This document shows, piece after piece, positions 47,986 to 57,475 of a stretch of 64,000 nt of DNA (position 1 is the stretch's first letter; each line of letters begins with the position of its first letter). The position numbers and the translations under genes were made by a program. A model generated the notes under the pieces. It was not told the DNA's origin. It saw only the letters and a program-made list of their open reading frames with translations, and searched no databases. The DNA is taken from contig JAPLVC010000001.1 in the NCBI GenBank assembly GCA_026397315.1, positions 1 to 64,000 of the forward strand, read 5' to 3'. Source of the DNA: Candidatus Aenigmatarchaeota archaeon (lineage in GTDB: Archaea > Aenigmatarchaeota > Aenigmatarchaeia > QMZP01 > QMZT01).

Positions 47986-49536
47986 TTACCTGAAGAAGTT
48001 GAGCAGTAGCGGCGAGGCGTTGAGCAGGATGAGAACGAGTATTATGGCTATCATTATTTTTATTATGAGCTCCTTGTGGCGCTTCCTTATGCGGAACTCC
48101 GCCATCACTTCCTCGAACATCTTGCCGCCGTCGAAAGGCGAGATGGGCAGCAGATTGACCAGTGCGATGTTGAAGCTCAGGAAGAATATCCAGAACAGCG
48201 TCGGCCCCAGAAAGAATACCGCCTCCGTCTGCAGCGCGTATTTGGTGCGGAATTCCTCGCGTATGTCGTACGCTTGCTGCAAGTCGATGCCTATGTAGCC
48301 GCGGCTCGCGTTGTCGGGTCTCGGGGAGAGCGTCAGGTTGAACGTGCCGTTCGACGTGGCGAATGCGACGGTCTGGTTGGGCTTAAGGCCGACAACATAA
48401 TTGTTGAAATCATCTGTCGTGTTTATTTTCTTGCCGTTTATCTCCTTTATTATCATGCCTTTCTGCAGGACGCCGTAGGAAGGCGTGCCGTTAAGGGCGG
48501 CCGTTATCTGCATGCCCGTAGGCTCTGTTATCGCATCCAGCATGGGCGACAGGACGGTCACTATCAGCAAAATGGAAAGCAGCGCCACTATCAGGTTCGT
48601 GAACGAGCCGACCGCGTATATCCTCATCTTCTCCCTGCTTCTGCGCAATCGCAGTATGCGTTCGTCAGGCTCGACAAAAGCGCCTATGGGAATGACGCTC
48701 GCCGTCAGCACGCCCGCCGATTTCAGGCGTATCCTGTGCGCGCGCGTCAGTATGCCGTGCGCCAGTTCGTGCGGCACGAGCAGGCATATCATGGCTATGA
48801 GCGCCTGCCAGAACGGGATGAATATGCCGGTTCCGGGGAAGAAGAAGCCCGGTCCCTCGTCACTCACGGTAGGCAGCAGCGGCGAAACGCCTGGGACGTT
48901 GGACTGGCCAAGCGTTATTTTCGCGGCCTGAGAGAACATCAGGCTGACCAGCAAAGCGGGTATGCCCAAAACGCCGACCAGCAGCGCGACAAAGGACCGC
49001 ATTATGGCCACGTCGGAAAATCCGGGGAAGATGGCGAACATTATAGTTCCCAGGACCGCGACGCCCGCGCAGAAATGGAAAATGGGTTTCGGGTATTTCT
49101 TCAGCAGAATCGCGCCTGCGGTCAGCATCACTAACCCGGCAGCAGCGGCTTCAAGGCCGACTGTGGTGTAAACCAGCGCGAGCGCGAATGTCCCTAGAAG
49201 CGCGTTTATGAGCCACGTGTTGCGGTATCTCGAAACATAGTATGAGCCTAAGCCGCCGAACGAGACGACAATCGCCATGTCACCGAAAAACTTCCAGAAT
49301 TCAGGAGCGAGCCTTGCAATTTTGTCCACGAAGTTAAGGCCGTGCCTCGTCTGTATGAGGAAGAATATGTAGTAGCGCTTGACTCCGAGCCTGTAAAGCA
49401 GCAGGAATCCAGCTATGAAAACGACCAGCCCGGCAATCAGATAGTTGCCAGCGACTATCGCTAGAACTGTGATTGGTCCTCCTACGGCAAGCAGCAGGAT
49501 TGTCAGAAGGACTGGAGAAATATCATTGAATTCCAT
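47986..49536 (-). CDS. Site-2 protease (M50) with PDZ domain
   Basis: HELAH, IGAFVEPD, PDZ, NLLPISPFDGG. Confidence 0.9.
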   Translation of the reverse strand: MEFNDISPVLLTILLLAVGGPITVLAIVAGNYLIAGLVVFIAGFLLLYRLGVKRYYIFFLIQTRHGLNFVDKIARLAPEFWKFFGDMAIVVSFGGLGSYYVSRYRNTWLINALLGTFALALVYTTVGLEAAAAGLVMLTAGAILLKKYPKPIFHFCAGVAVLGTIMFAIFPGFSDVAIMRSFVALLVGVLGIPALLVSLMFSQAAKITLGQSNVPGVSPLLPTVSDEGPGFFFPGTGIFIPFWQALIAMICLLVPHELAHGILTRAHRIRLKSAGVLTASVIPIGAFVEPDERILRLRRSREKMRIYAVGSFTNLIVALLSILLIVTVLSPMLDAITEPTGMQITAALNGTPSYGVLQKGMIIKEINGKKINTTDDFNNYVVGLKPNQTVAFATSNGTFNLTLSPRPDNASRGYIGIDLQQAYDIREEFRTKYALQTEAVFFLGPTLFWIFFLSFNIALVNLLPISPFDGGKMFEEVMAEFRIRKRHKELIIKIMIAIILVLILLNASPLLLNFFR

Positions 49537-49559
49537 AGTGTTATTTTGGTAGCATACGG

Positions 49560-50141
49560 TTAAATAGCATCCCGGTTTTTTTCGGAAATATGCTTAAAAT
49601 CGGCGCGGACCTTCGAGAAAGCCGCCCTTATTTCCGGCGTCGCGATGTTCTGCTCCCCGTCCTCGAAAAACTCGGCGAATTTCTTTTTGTTTTTATCCTT
49701 CCTGGCATATTCCAAAGCCTGCATGCACATCTCCAGCTTGTCCAGGTCCTTGACTAGCTGCGCTTCTTTCGTTTTGCGTGCCACGAATTCCTTCCAGAGG
49801 CCGCGCATTTCCTTCGCTTGCGCTAGCGGCAGGCGAGAAAGCGTCTTGCGCATGCCCGCTGCTTCGCGTTTTCTTTTTTCCTCACGCGGCATCGTCCTGT
49901 CGCGGTCGTTTATCCTGTCCGGTATGTCGCCAGAGAACGCCTCGCCAAGGTCATGCACCAGCGCCATTTTGACGCACCTGTCCGCATTGAGGTTCAGCTT
50001 TTTCGCATATAAGTAAGACATGACGGCCAGCATGAAAGAATGGTCGGCAACGCTCTCAGGCGCCGCGACGTTTTTGAGAACCCACCCCGTCCGCTTGAGG
50101 CGCTTGAGCTCCCGCGCCTTATTCAAAAAAGAAAAAAACAT
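49560..50141 (-). CDS. HD-domain 5'-deoxynucleotidase-like protein
   Basis: LKRTGW, ESVADHS, HDLGE, DLDKLE. Confidence 0.88.
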   Translation of the reverse strand: MFFSFLNKARELKRLKRTGWVLKNVAAPESVADHSFMLAVMSYLYAKKLNLNADRCVKMALVHDLGEAFSGDIPDRINDRDRTMPREEKRKREAAGMRKTLSRLPLAQAKEMRGLWKEFVARKTKEAQLVKDLDKLEMCMQALEYARKDKNKKKFAEFFEDGEQNIATPEIRAAFSKVRADFKHISEKNRDAI

Positions 50142-50142
50142 A

Positions 50143-50282
50143 TGCGGGAGCAGGGATTCGAACCCTGGAAGGCACTAAGCCACTGGGTATCTAATCATAG
50201 AGGCCAAGCCTCTCTTCGGGCTAGATTTCGGACAAAGCCGTGAACCTTAGCCCAGCCCCGTTGACCGCTTGGGTACCCCCGC
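50143..50282 (-). tRNA. tRNA-Leu(AAG) with a 56-nt intron at 37/38 (50189..50244)
   Basis: GCGGGGG/CTCCCGC-A acceptor, CTGGG-CT-AAG-G|A-CCCAG anticodon arm, long variable arm, strict BHB (CTAA/TTAG). Confidence 0.9.
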
Positions 50283-50381
50283 GTGCTTTGATTTTTTACT
50301 CTTTGCTAAAGTTTATAAGCTTTAAAGTTTTTATATCCTTAATTGCTTTAATTATAGTTATTATTTAATAAAGGTGATATT

Positions 50382-51161
50382 TTGAAGATAAAAATCCTCA
50401 GCAAGAAAGGTGAAAACCTGAAGTTCGTCCTTGAAGGGGCGACTCCCGCATTCGCGAATTCGATGCGCAGGATAATGATAGCTGAAGTCCCTAACCTCAC
50501 GATAGACACGGTCGAGTTCCACGACAACACGTCCGCGCTGTTCGACGAGATAGTCGCGCACAGGCTCGGCATGATTCCCCTCGAGTTTGACCCGGAAAAG
50601 TTCAACATGCAGAACGACTGCAAGTGTGACGGCAAAGGCTGTCCGTCCTGCCAGGTGTTCTTCGCGCTTGAAAAGACCGGACCGGCGATGGCATACTCTT
50701 CTGACCTGAAATCTTCCAACAAGAGTGTCAAGCCCACATCACCGGATTTCCCGATAGTCAAGCTGCTCAAGGAACAGCACATCAAGGTCGAGGCGACCGC
50801 GAGGCTCGGCACGGGCAGGGAGCACTCGAAGTTCCAGACCTCCAACGCGACCTACACTTATGTTATTTCCGTGGAATGCTCAAAGACAGACGACGCGAAG
50901 AGGATAGTCAACGCATGCCCCAAGAACATTCTCGAAGTCAAGGGCACGAAAGTCGTCCTGGCAGACCCATACGAGTGCAACGAGTGCAAGGCCTGCGAAG
51001 AGGCGAGCGGCGGGGACGTGAAGGTCGTAGGCGACCCGAGCAAGTTCGTCTTCACCGTCGAGAGCATTTCCGGCCTCGACCCCGAATACATAGTCGGGAA
51101 GGCCGCAGAGATACTTGAAGGGAAAGCCAAGGAATTCAAGGATTTGCTGAAGGATGTTTAA
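50382..51161 (+). CDS. rpoD: DNA-directed RNA polymerase subunit D (Rpo3), with ferredoxin-like insert
   Basis: FANSMRRIMIAEVP, DEIVAHRLGMIPL, ACPKN..CNECKAC. Confidence 0.95.
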   Translation: MKIKILSKKGENLKFVLEGATPAFANSMRRIMIAEVPNLTIDTVEFHDNTSALFDEIVAHRLGMIPLEFDPEKFNMQNDCKCDGKGCPSCQVFFALEKTGPAMAYSSDLKSSNKSVKPTSPDFPIVKLLKEQHIKVEATARLGTGREHSKFQTSNATYTYVISVECSKTDDAKRIVNACPKNILEVKGTKVVLADPYECNECKACEEASGGDVKVVGDPSKFVFTVESISGLDPEYIVGKAAEILEGKAKEFKDLLKDV

Positions 51162-51369
51162 AGGGAACGGCATGACTACCAAGCTCATAGCCTCCTGGAT
51201 TTTTGGCGGCATTCTTTTATCCATAGGAGCATGGATAATGGGCCACGTCGAAGTGAATGTCGGGGTTTCTGATATCGCCTACGCCATGGCGATTATAGGC
51301 GCTTTCATACTGATTCTGCTGGGCGGGCTGGTCTGGATAAGCGTCGCTACCGCAACTTCGAAGAACTGA
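51154..51369 (+). CDS. Small two-TM membrane protein
   Basis: Two hydrophobic helices, coupled to rpoD. Confidence 0.7.
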   Translation: MFKGNGMTTKLIASWIFGGILLSIGAWIMGHVEVNVGVSDIAYAMAIIGAFILILLGGLVWISVATATSKN

Positions 51370-51415
51370 TTTTCAGCAGAAACGAATAAAAGGGAAACCC
51401 GACCAATAATAAAAC

Positions 51416-51634
51416 ATGTTAAGCGAAAGCGAAAAACAAGTTCTTGGGGTCTTCGGCAAGTTTCAGCTCATCAGAAAAGACGAGCTCAGGCGAGTGCTCA
51501 CCGAGAGCGGAGTCGACGAAGGCATCGTCACCGTCAACAAGCTCAGCGGCATGGGTTACCTGAAGTTCATAGAGGCTGTAGGCTCGCCGTGCTACACCAT
51601 AACGCAAGAGGGTATCAGGGTCCTTAAGACATAA
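51416..51634 (+). CDS. Small winged-helix protein
   Basis: KLSGMGYL..YTITQEG wHTH signature. Confidence 0.65.
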   Translation: MLSESEKQVLGVFGKFQLIRKDELRRVLTESGVDEGIVTVNKLSGMGYLKFIEAVGSPCYTITQEGIRVLKT

Positions 51635-51703
51635 AAACCCTCGCGCTTCTTTTTTATTAAAACCATAACAACAGTTAATAGACGGCAGACCGTCTTGCAT
51701 TTT

Positions 51704-51827
51704 AGCCCCGTAGTCTAGTGGCCAAGGATCCCAGGCTTTGGATTCACGAAGTCCAAAACTTCGAGCAGGTTTCGCCTGCGGTGAGAGAAGAAACCTGGTG
51801 ACGGCGGTTCGAATCCGCCCGGGGCTA
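51704..51827 (+). tRNA. tRNA-Gln(TTG) with a 51-nt intron at 37/38 (51742..51792)
   Basis: AGCCCCG/CGGGGCT acceptor, CCAGG-CT-TTG-G|A-CCTGG anticodon arm, BHB-like CTTT/GAAG helix. Confidence 0.93.
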
Positions 51828-51835
51828 TTCGCTTT

Positions 51836-52390
51836 TCAGCAAAAATAATCATAAAAAAATTCGTCATCAGCGACCAGTTCTTTCAGCCTTTTCTCGGTGG
51901 ATTCAACTTCTCCCGGGGCAATGGGTTCCCAATGCTCGAGGTCGAACCAGTAGCCCATGCCCCTTTTCGTGTCGAACATGAAACCATCCCCGCTGCGTTG
52001 CAGAATAGGCTTTATGCCACCTTCGGTGAAGATTTGGTGCATTTCTTTCATGAACGCGGCGATAGCTCTGTCAGCATCGGCGCCTTTCAGACAGCGGACT
52101 TTTTTGGCCAGGTCGCCGATATCCATCATAACCACAAAATAACCGGTTTCGTTTCCGGTATCCGCTGGTAGGACGCCAGGTCTTGTTATGACGGGCGTTT
52201 GCTTGCCGATTTCCTTAAGCTTTAGAGAATAAAAGACCTCGTTGCGGGCATTGTCAATCTGGCCTTCGCTGAACTCTTTGGCTATATAACCGTTGCCCAG
52301 GTCATAAATGACGTGCCTGCCACCGCTATAGCTCCTGTTGTTTCGCCTGACGGAAGACTCTATTGAACGGATAATCTGCCCTGTATCCAT
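51836..52390 (-). CDS. Hypothetical protein with a possible minimal protein-kinase-like fold
   Basis: GGRHVIY, IAKEF, NE, VVMMD, WFDLE in kinase-like order. Confidence 0.5.
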   Translation of the reverse strand: MDTGQIIRSIESSVRRNNRSYSGGRHVIYDLGNGYIAKEFSEGQIDNARNEVFYSLKLKEIGKQTPVITRPGVLPADTGNETGYFVVMMDIGDLAKKVRCLKGADADRAIAAFMKEMHQIFTEGGIKPILQRSGDGFMFDTKRGMGYWFDLEHWEPIAPGEVESTEKRLKELVADDEFFYDYFC

Positions 52391-52454
52391 GGAGAATTAT
52401 TGGTTTTCATATTTAAAAATTTATCACTCAAACGTTGTAATAATTTTTTGCTTT

Positions 52455-52862
52455 TCAAGCCGCATGATACAAGTTGAACGTGCCCCTCGTGTTGCGTCCC
52501 TGGGACGTGAGGCTCACGCTCAGCCAGAGCGGCGCTGGCGGCGACGTCGCGAGCCAGCGCGTGCAGTTGAGGTTGTAGTTAATTTCGATGGAGTACTCCC
52601 TGCCGTGCTCCTCAAGGAACGATGTCTTAATGTCTTCCATACGCATGCCGAAGCTGTCCTTGGTCTCGTTGCAGTAATACGTCTCCGCAATCGTCCTGTT
52701 GACCACGCCGACTATGTTGCCGAAAAGTTCGGCGTCCTTGTTAGCGAAGGGCTTCGACATCTCTATGGTCGAATACTGGAAAAGCGATTGCTGGACTATG
52801 AAAATCATGCCTATCAGGAAAACGATGGATACCAAAAAAAGCTGGCCCTTTCTCGCGCTCAT
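52455..52862 (-). CDS. Pilin-like protein with class III signal peptide
   Basis: MSARKG|QLFLVSIVFLIG. Confidence 0.7.
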   Translation of the reverse strand: MSARKGQLFLVSIVFLIGMIFIVQQSLFQYSTIEMSKPFANKDAELFGNIVGVVNRTIAETYYCNETKDSFGMRMEDIKTSFLEEHGREYSIEINYNLNCTRWLATSPPAPLWLSVSLTSQGRNTRGTFNLYHAA

Positions 52863-53003
52863 GAAAATACTTTGAAAGGATTAAATAAAAAGCAAGAGGC
52901 AGGCTAATTGAAGGAGGGGTGAGTCTCAATCGTCATAGCCTACTCTCTTTTGATTCTGAATACTGGACTCTGGCGTATCGCAACCGCCTTTACGCGAGCG
53001 CCT

Positions 53004-54176
53004 TTATGCTAGCAGCGGTATGCCCAGTTCCCTGTGGACAAGCGCGTGCACGTCCGGAATGTCTTTCATGTGGGAATGCGCGTCCAGCTTGCCCAGGATG
53101 TAAGGCGACTTGACTCCAGTGACGATTGTTATGACCTTTATCTTGTTCTTGAACGAGGGATCGATTCTCGCGCCCCAGATGACCTGAGCATCAGGATCCA
53201 GCTGTTTCGAAACGTATTCTCCTATCCTGCTCACTTCGTCGAGCCTCATGTCAGGTCCGCCGGTTATGTGGATTAACGCCCCGCTTCCGCCGTGGTAATC
53301 GACGTCTAACAACGGGTTGGACATGGCCCTTATGATGCATTCCTCGGCGCGCTCGTTCGAGCAGGCCTCGCCGAACCCTACGGTAGCTACGCCTCCCGAG
53401 TGCATTATAGCCTTCACGTCTGCGTAGTCCAGATTCACCAGCGACGGGGTCGATATCGTCTCGGTTATGCCCTTTATCATGCTGGCCACCAGGTCATCCG
53501 CCACTGAAAACGCTTGCTTCAGCGGCAGGTTGCCCGCTATCTTGAGCAGGCGGTCGTTCTCTATGGCTATGACCGTGTCGCAATACTGGCGCAGGTCGAA
53601 AAGGCCGTCTTCCGCCTTCCCCATGCGCGCGCCCTCGACCTTGAAAGGCATGGTCACGTTCGCTATAACAATAGCTCCGGCTTCCTTGGCTATCCTCGCC
53701 ACTACAGGTGCGGCTCCCGTTCCCGTTCCGCCGCCCATGCCGGCCACCAAAAACAACATGTCTATGCCTTCAAGCATCTTCTTGAGCTCGCGCTCGCTCT
53801 CTTCAGCGGCCTTCTTGCCCGTTGCCGGGTAACCGCCCGCACCAAGCCCACGAGTGACGTCTTTGCCTATGAGGAACTTCTCGTGTGCCCTCGAAGCCGT
53901 CAGATGCCTCGCGTCCGTGTTTACCGCTACCGTCTTCGCTCCAGTTATGCCTATGTCCGTCAATCTGCTTATCGTATTGCTGCCGCCGCCTCCGATGCCC
54001 ATGACCATTATCTTGGCTCCCATGAGCTCGAAGCCCAGCTCGTCTTTCACCCTTTGCTCATAGGAGGTGTCGGCCACGCCCTGGCCCGGTATCTTTACGG
54101 CTGCCTGGACTGGCGCCACGCTAGCGAGCGCGTCCGCTCCTACCTCCACATTCACTATCTCTCCCATATGCCTCAC
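53004..54176 (-). CDS. ftsZ: Cell division protein FtsZ
   Basis: GIGGGGSN, GMGGGTGTG, NLDYADV. Confidence 0.96.
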   Translation of the reverse strand: MRHMGEIVNVEVGADALASVAPVQAAVKIPGQGVADTSYEQRVKDELGFELMGAKIMVMGIGGGGSNTISRLTDIGITGAKTVAVNTDARHLTASRAHEKFLIGKDVTRGLGAGGYPATGKKAAEESERELKKMLEGIDMLFLVAGMGGGTGTGAAPVVARIAKEAGAIVIANVTMPFKVEGARMGKAEDGLFDLRQYCDTVIAIENDRLLKIAGNLPLKQAFSVADDLVASMIKGITETISTPSLVNLDYADVKAIMHSGGVATVGFGEACSNERAEECIIRAMSNPLLDVDYHGGSGALIHITGGPDMRLDEVSRIGEYVSKQLDPDAQVIWGARIDPSFKNKIKVITIVTGVKSPYILGKLDAHSHMKDIPDVHALVHRELGIPLLA

Positions 54177-54650
54177 CCCTTAATTCAAAGCATCCCGCCG
54201 CGAGACAACGATGCATTCACTGCATCATATATTTCCGGTTTGTTGTTTTCGAGCAGCGAAATGTATTTAAGTTCTTTTCTCAATTATTCTCAGAAAACTA
54301 GCTTATACTCAAGGGTGACACAAAAGAACCAGATTCAACGAATCCTCTTCGTCGCCAAACGAATTGGATCCGCATCGAGGCAACTTCGCCAAAAGTTGCC
54401 TGTTAATCCCCTATTTCTGATGTCGTTTCTAACAGTTTGAATAATTTACAGTAAATAGTTCCTTTTTTGCTATATAAGCTTTTCCCGCCCGTTTTGGACG
54501 AAAGGGGGATTTTTAGGCCCTTTTTACCGCCTTCCGGGAGGCTTTCTCTCATTAAGAATAGAGGCGACGTATATCGAATTTCGCCATAAGTAAGCTTTAT
54601 AAGTCTTCGAATTAATTACTTAGCAGAGATAACACATATGGAGGGTAAAT

Positions 54651-55163
54651 GTGATATCTCGGATTTATACAAAAACACAAAACAAAACAGACGAAAAGAA
54701 AAGGGTGCTTGAGATGAAAAAGAATCCGTTCAAAAACTACACGGGAAAAGAAGGCGGACTTGGCCAGACGGAGTCGCAGTTCAAGGAGTACCTTAGACTG
54801 GGTCTTAGTGGTCTGGGCACGGCTTACGATTTGTTAGTCAACGGTACGAATTTTGCAAAACCCAAGCGTGAAGTTTACGGCAAAACCGTGATAGACGGCG
54901 AGCCGGTCACACTTGCGGACAGCGACTACATAGGCTGGGTCCTGGACACGAACGGCGGCAGGAGTGACAAAGTCAACCTTGGTGCTTGCGTTTCCGACAC
55001 GGGCGAGATTTTCGTGAACCCTGATTCCATAAGATGGGGTTATCATCCTCTTGAAATATTCGGCCACGAACTTGCTCACAAAAATGGTATTCTTGATGAG
55101 GGGCAGGCTGACGCGGCAGGGGCAATATTTTACAAGGGCAAAGTGAGCAAGCTTAGTAACTAA
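54651..55163 (+). CDS. Hypothetical protein with an HExxH motif (possible zincin); start uncertain
   Basis: IFVNP…IFGHELAH…DEGQAD. Confidence 0.6.
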   Translation: MISRIYTKTQNKTDEKKRVLEMKKNPFKNYTGKEGGLGQTESQFKEYLRLGLSGLGTAYDLLVNGTNFAKPKREVYGKTVIDGEPVTLADSDYIGWVLDTNGGRSDKVNLGACVSDTGEIFVNPDSIRWGYHPLEIFGHELAHKNGILDEGQADAAGAIFYKGKVSKLSN

Positions 55164-55176
55164 TCTGGTGAAATAA

Positions 55177-56217
55177 ATGGCAGGAAAAGCGTCTCTGGGA
55201 AGAATGACAAATGGTCTTTATCCAGATGAAGCTGCGCTTGCGCAAGTTCTCAAATCGGCCGCGCACGGCAACGGAGGTAATAATGCAGCAACTGAACCCC
55301 CAAAAGACTCTTTTGATGCTATCGACGAAAGATTCGGGGCAATGTTCTGGGAATTACCAAAAGCGGCTATTATTGAGAAAATTTTTGGTCAACTCCCCAT
55401 ACCTAAAAGTGAAGGTTTGTTAGCTACATTTTACACAAACATTGTTAATGGTATAAAAAACAGATATAACACACAGAAGCACATCAAAGGTCAAATAGCT
55501 TTTGAAAATCCCTTTAAAATACCGTTTTTAAGACAATTTCCATTCCAGAATGGATGGTCGGCTTATAAATTTTCACAAGGCTGCACCACAATCAATGAAA
55601 TTTATACAGTAGTTGACAGTCAAGGCGCAGAAACTATATTTTATATTGGTTTAAAAGGCGGAAAAACACCTGGCAATGCAGAAATAGAAAATGCTGCCAG
55701 AGATTTGATGGCAAAGGATACAAAAGAGATAGCTATGCTTTCACAAAACATGTTACAAACAGTATTACAACGCGCGGAAAACGGTGAATTTACCTACGGA
55801 GGGTGTTATGACGAATTAACAGACAGAGAACTTGGCGTACTGAAAGGTAAATACGCCGATCCGTCAAGAATAAAACCAATTTTCATGCAGAATGAAATTT
55901 CACTTTACATGAGCGGTCCTAAACAAGTTGTTTCGAACAAACAAGGCGTTAAAATCATAAAATACTCGGATCCTGGGTCAATCAAAAAATTAGCATATTA
56001 CACATTAGCTAGCAACATTTTTACTCTGATGGACATAGTTTACGAACCTGCAGAAAAAATGCTTAGCGGAAGCGGCTTTGAACTCCAGAGAATGAGGGCT
56101 TACGATAAGGAAATAAAGGGTACGTTTAATGTAGCTAATTCGGCTTTCAATGTACAAAACAGGTTTGGTTACGTAAATAACAATAACGGACAAGGTGGCA
56201 GCCATGGCGGCCATTAA
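55177..56217 (+). CDS. Hypothetical protein, AT-rich
   Basis: 346-aa ORF with GGTGA SD. No recognisable motif. Confidence 0.7.
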   Translation: MAGKASLGRMTNGLYPDEAALAQVLKSAAHGNGGNNAATEPPKDSFDAIDERFGAMFWELPKAAIIEKIFGQLPIPKSEGLLATFYTNIVNGIKNRYNTQKHIKGQIAFENPFKIPFLRQFPFQNGWSAYKFSQGCTTINEIYTVVDSQGAETIFYIGLKGGKTPGNAEIENAARDLMAKDTKEIAMLSQNMLQTVLQRAENGEFTYGGCYDELTDRELGVLKGKYADPSRIKPIFMQNEISLYMSGPKQVVSNKQGVKIIKYSDPGSIKKLAYYTLASNIFTLMDIVYEPAEKMLSGSGFELQRMRAYDKEIKGTFNVANSAFNVQNRFGYVNNNNGQGGSHGGH

Positions 56218-56265
56218 CTGTCTCGAATGCCGTCTTATTTAAATTTGGCCGCTCAATAGATTAAC

Positions 56266-56940
56266 ATGGCAGTCGACATATTCGAGATGCTGATTGACAT
56301 ACTCAAGATAAACCAGAACCAGGTCGCTGAATACGCGGCGCAGGGGCCGCTTTACCAGCTTTTCTACCTGATTTTCTTCCCCACGATTTTCATCGTCATT
56401 TTTGTATGGATATTAACACACGCGATAATAGGCAGGGAAGGCCAGCATAAGGCCATGAGACTACTGCTAGCGATTGCTGTTTATGCTTTCATAGTGTTGC
56501 AGGGCTTATACAACTGGTTCGTCATGCTCAGCAAGTTCTGGCTTTTCGGCCTGATGTTCCTGGGCTTCATCTACTTCATCACGTATCGCGGCGGCCGCGG
56601 AGGCGGCGGAGGTGGGGCGCACGGCAAGACGATTGGAGGAGTAGGAAGCGGCGGAGGGGTTGTAGGCTATATCGAAGGTATCACCGGAAAGAAGCTGAAC
56701 CCGCTGAAGTCCGTCGAATACGGCCAGAAAATAAAAAGGGACATAGTCATATTAGAAAATAACAAGCGAGCGCTCCAGAGAGAGGCAGACAAGCTAAAGA
56801 AAGACCCGAAAGCGGCAGAACAGATATTCGATCAGATAGCGCACGTGGATGTGGCCTTAACAACACTGCAGAGTTTCCTGCAGACCGGCGATTTCGCCGA
56901 TTATGAGAAATGGAGAAACGGCAGCCGATTGTTCAAGTGA
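56266..56940 (+). CDS. Membrane protein with a Gly-rich linker and helical C-terminus
   Basis: Three TM segments, poly-Gly linker, coiled-coil-like tail. Confidence 0.75.
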   Translation: MAVDIFEMLIDILKINQNQVAEYAAQGPLYQLFYLIFFPTIFIVIFVWILTHAIIGREGQHKAMRLLLAIAVYAFIVLQGLYNWFVMLSKFWLFGLMFLGFIYFITYRGGRGGGGGGAHGKTIGGVGSGGGVVGYIEGITGKKLNPLKSVEYGQKIKRDIVILENNKRALQREADKLKKDPKAAEQIFDQIAHVDVALTTLQSFLQTGDFADYEKWRNGSRLFK

Positions 56941-56944
56941 TATC

Positions 56945-57436
56945 ATGGCGGACATATTCAGTTCTTTTGGAGGCGGCATGTTCTCGATGGAGATACTGCT
57001 GCCCTTCTTCCTCGTGCTGGCAATTGTCTATGGCGCGCTCGAGGTCTCGAAAGTCTTTTCCAACAAGGGCGTCAAGGCGATAATAGCGGTCGTCTTCGCC
57101 TTCTTCGCGATAATGAACTCGCAGGTTGTCACGTTCATAAACTCGATCCTGCCCTACGCCGCGATGATATTTGTCGTGATATTCATAGCGTGGATACTGC
57201 TAAAGCCTTTGAGGGGCGAAAATAAAGACGGCAAGAAAAAAGATCCTGTCCTGATAATAGTCATCCTCGTTCTGGTTATGGTCCTGCTGGCAAGGATGCA
57301 GGCTACCGATTATCTGCCGGAAAACAGCATATTGTCGAACACGAATCTCATATGGGTAGTGGGCATCCTGGTGATAGGCGTTATTCTCTGGAAAATATAC
57401 AAAATGTCTCAAAACGAAGGCGGCGGGCATCCCTGA
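56945..57436 (+). CDS. Multi-TM membrane protein (LPFxLxLAIVYG family)
   Basis: About five TM helices. Paralog of 58218..58766. Start moved to MADIF. Confidence 0.78.
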   Translation: MADIFSSFGGGMFSMEILLPFFLVLAIVYGALEVSKVFSNKGVKAIIAVVFAFFAIMNSQVVTFINSILPYAAMIFVVIFIAWILLKPLRGENKDGKKKDPVLIIVILVLVMVLLARMQATDYLPENSILSNTNLIWVVGILVIGVILWKIYKMSQNEGGGHP

Positions 57437-57475
57437 CAATTATTGGAATACAATGCTCATTGATAAAATAAAGCG

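Noticed and set aside
50143-50282. Reading the tRNA as Leu(TAA)
   Set aside because: This would need C33 and a 9-nt loop. The BHB geometry and U33 give AAG.
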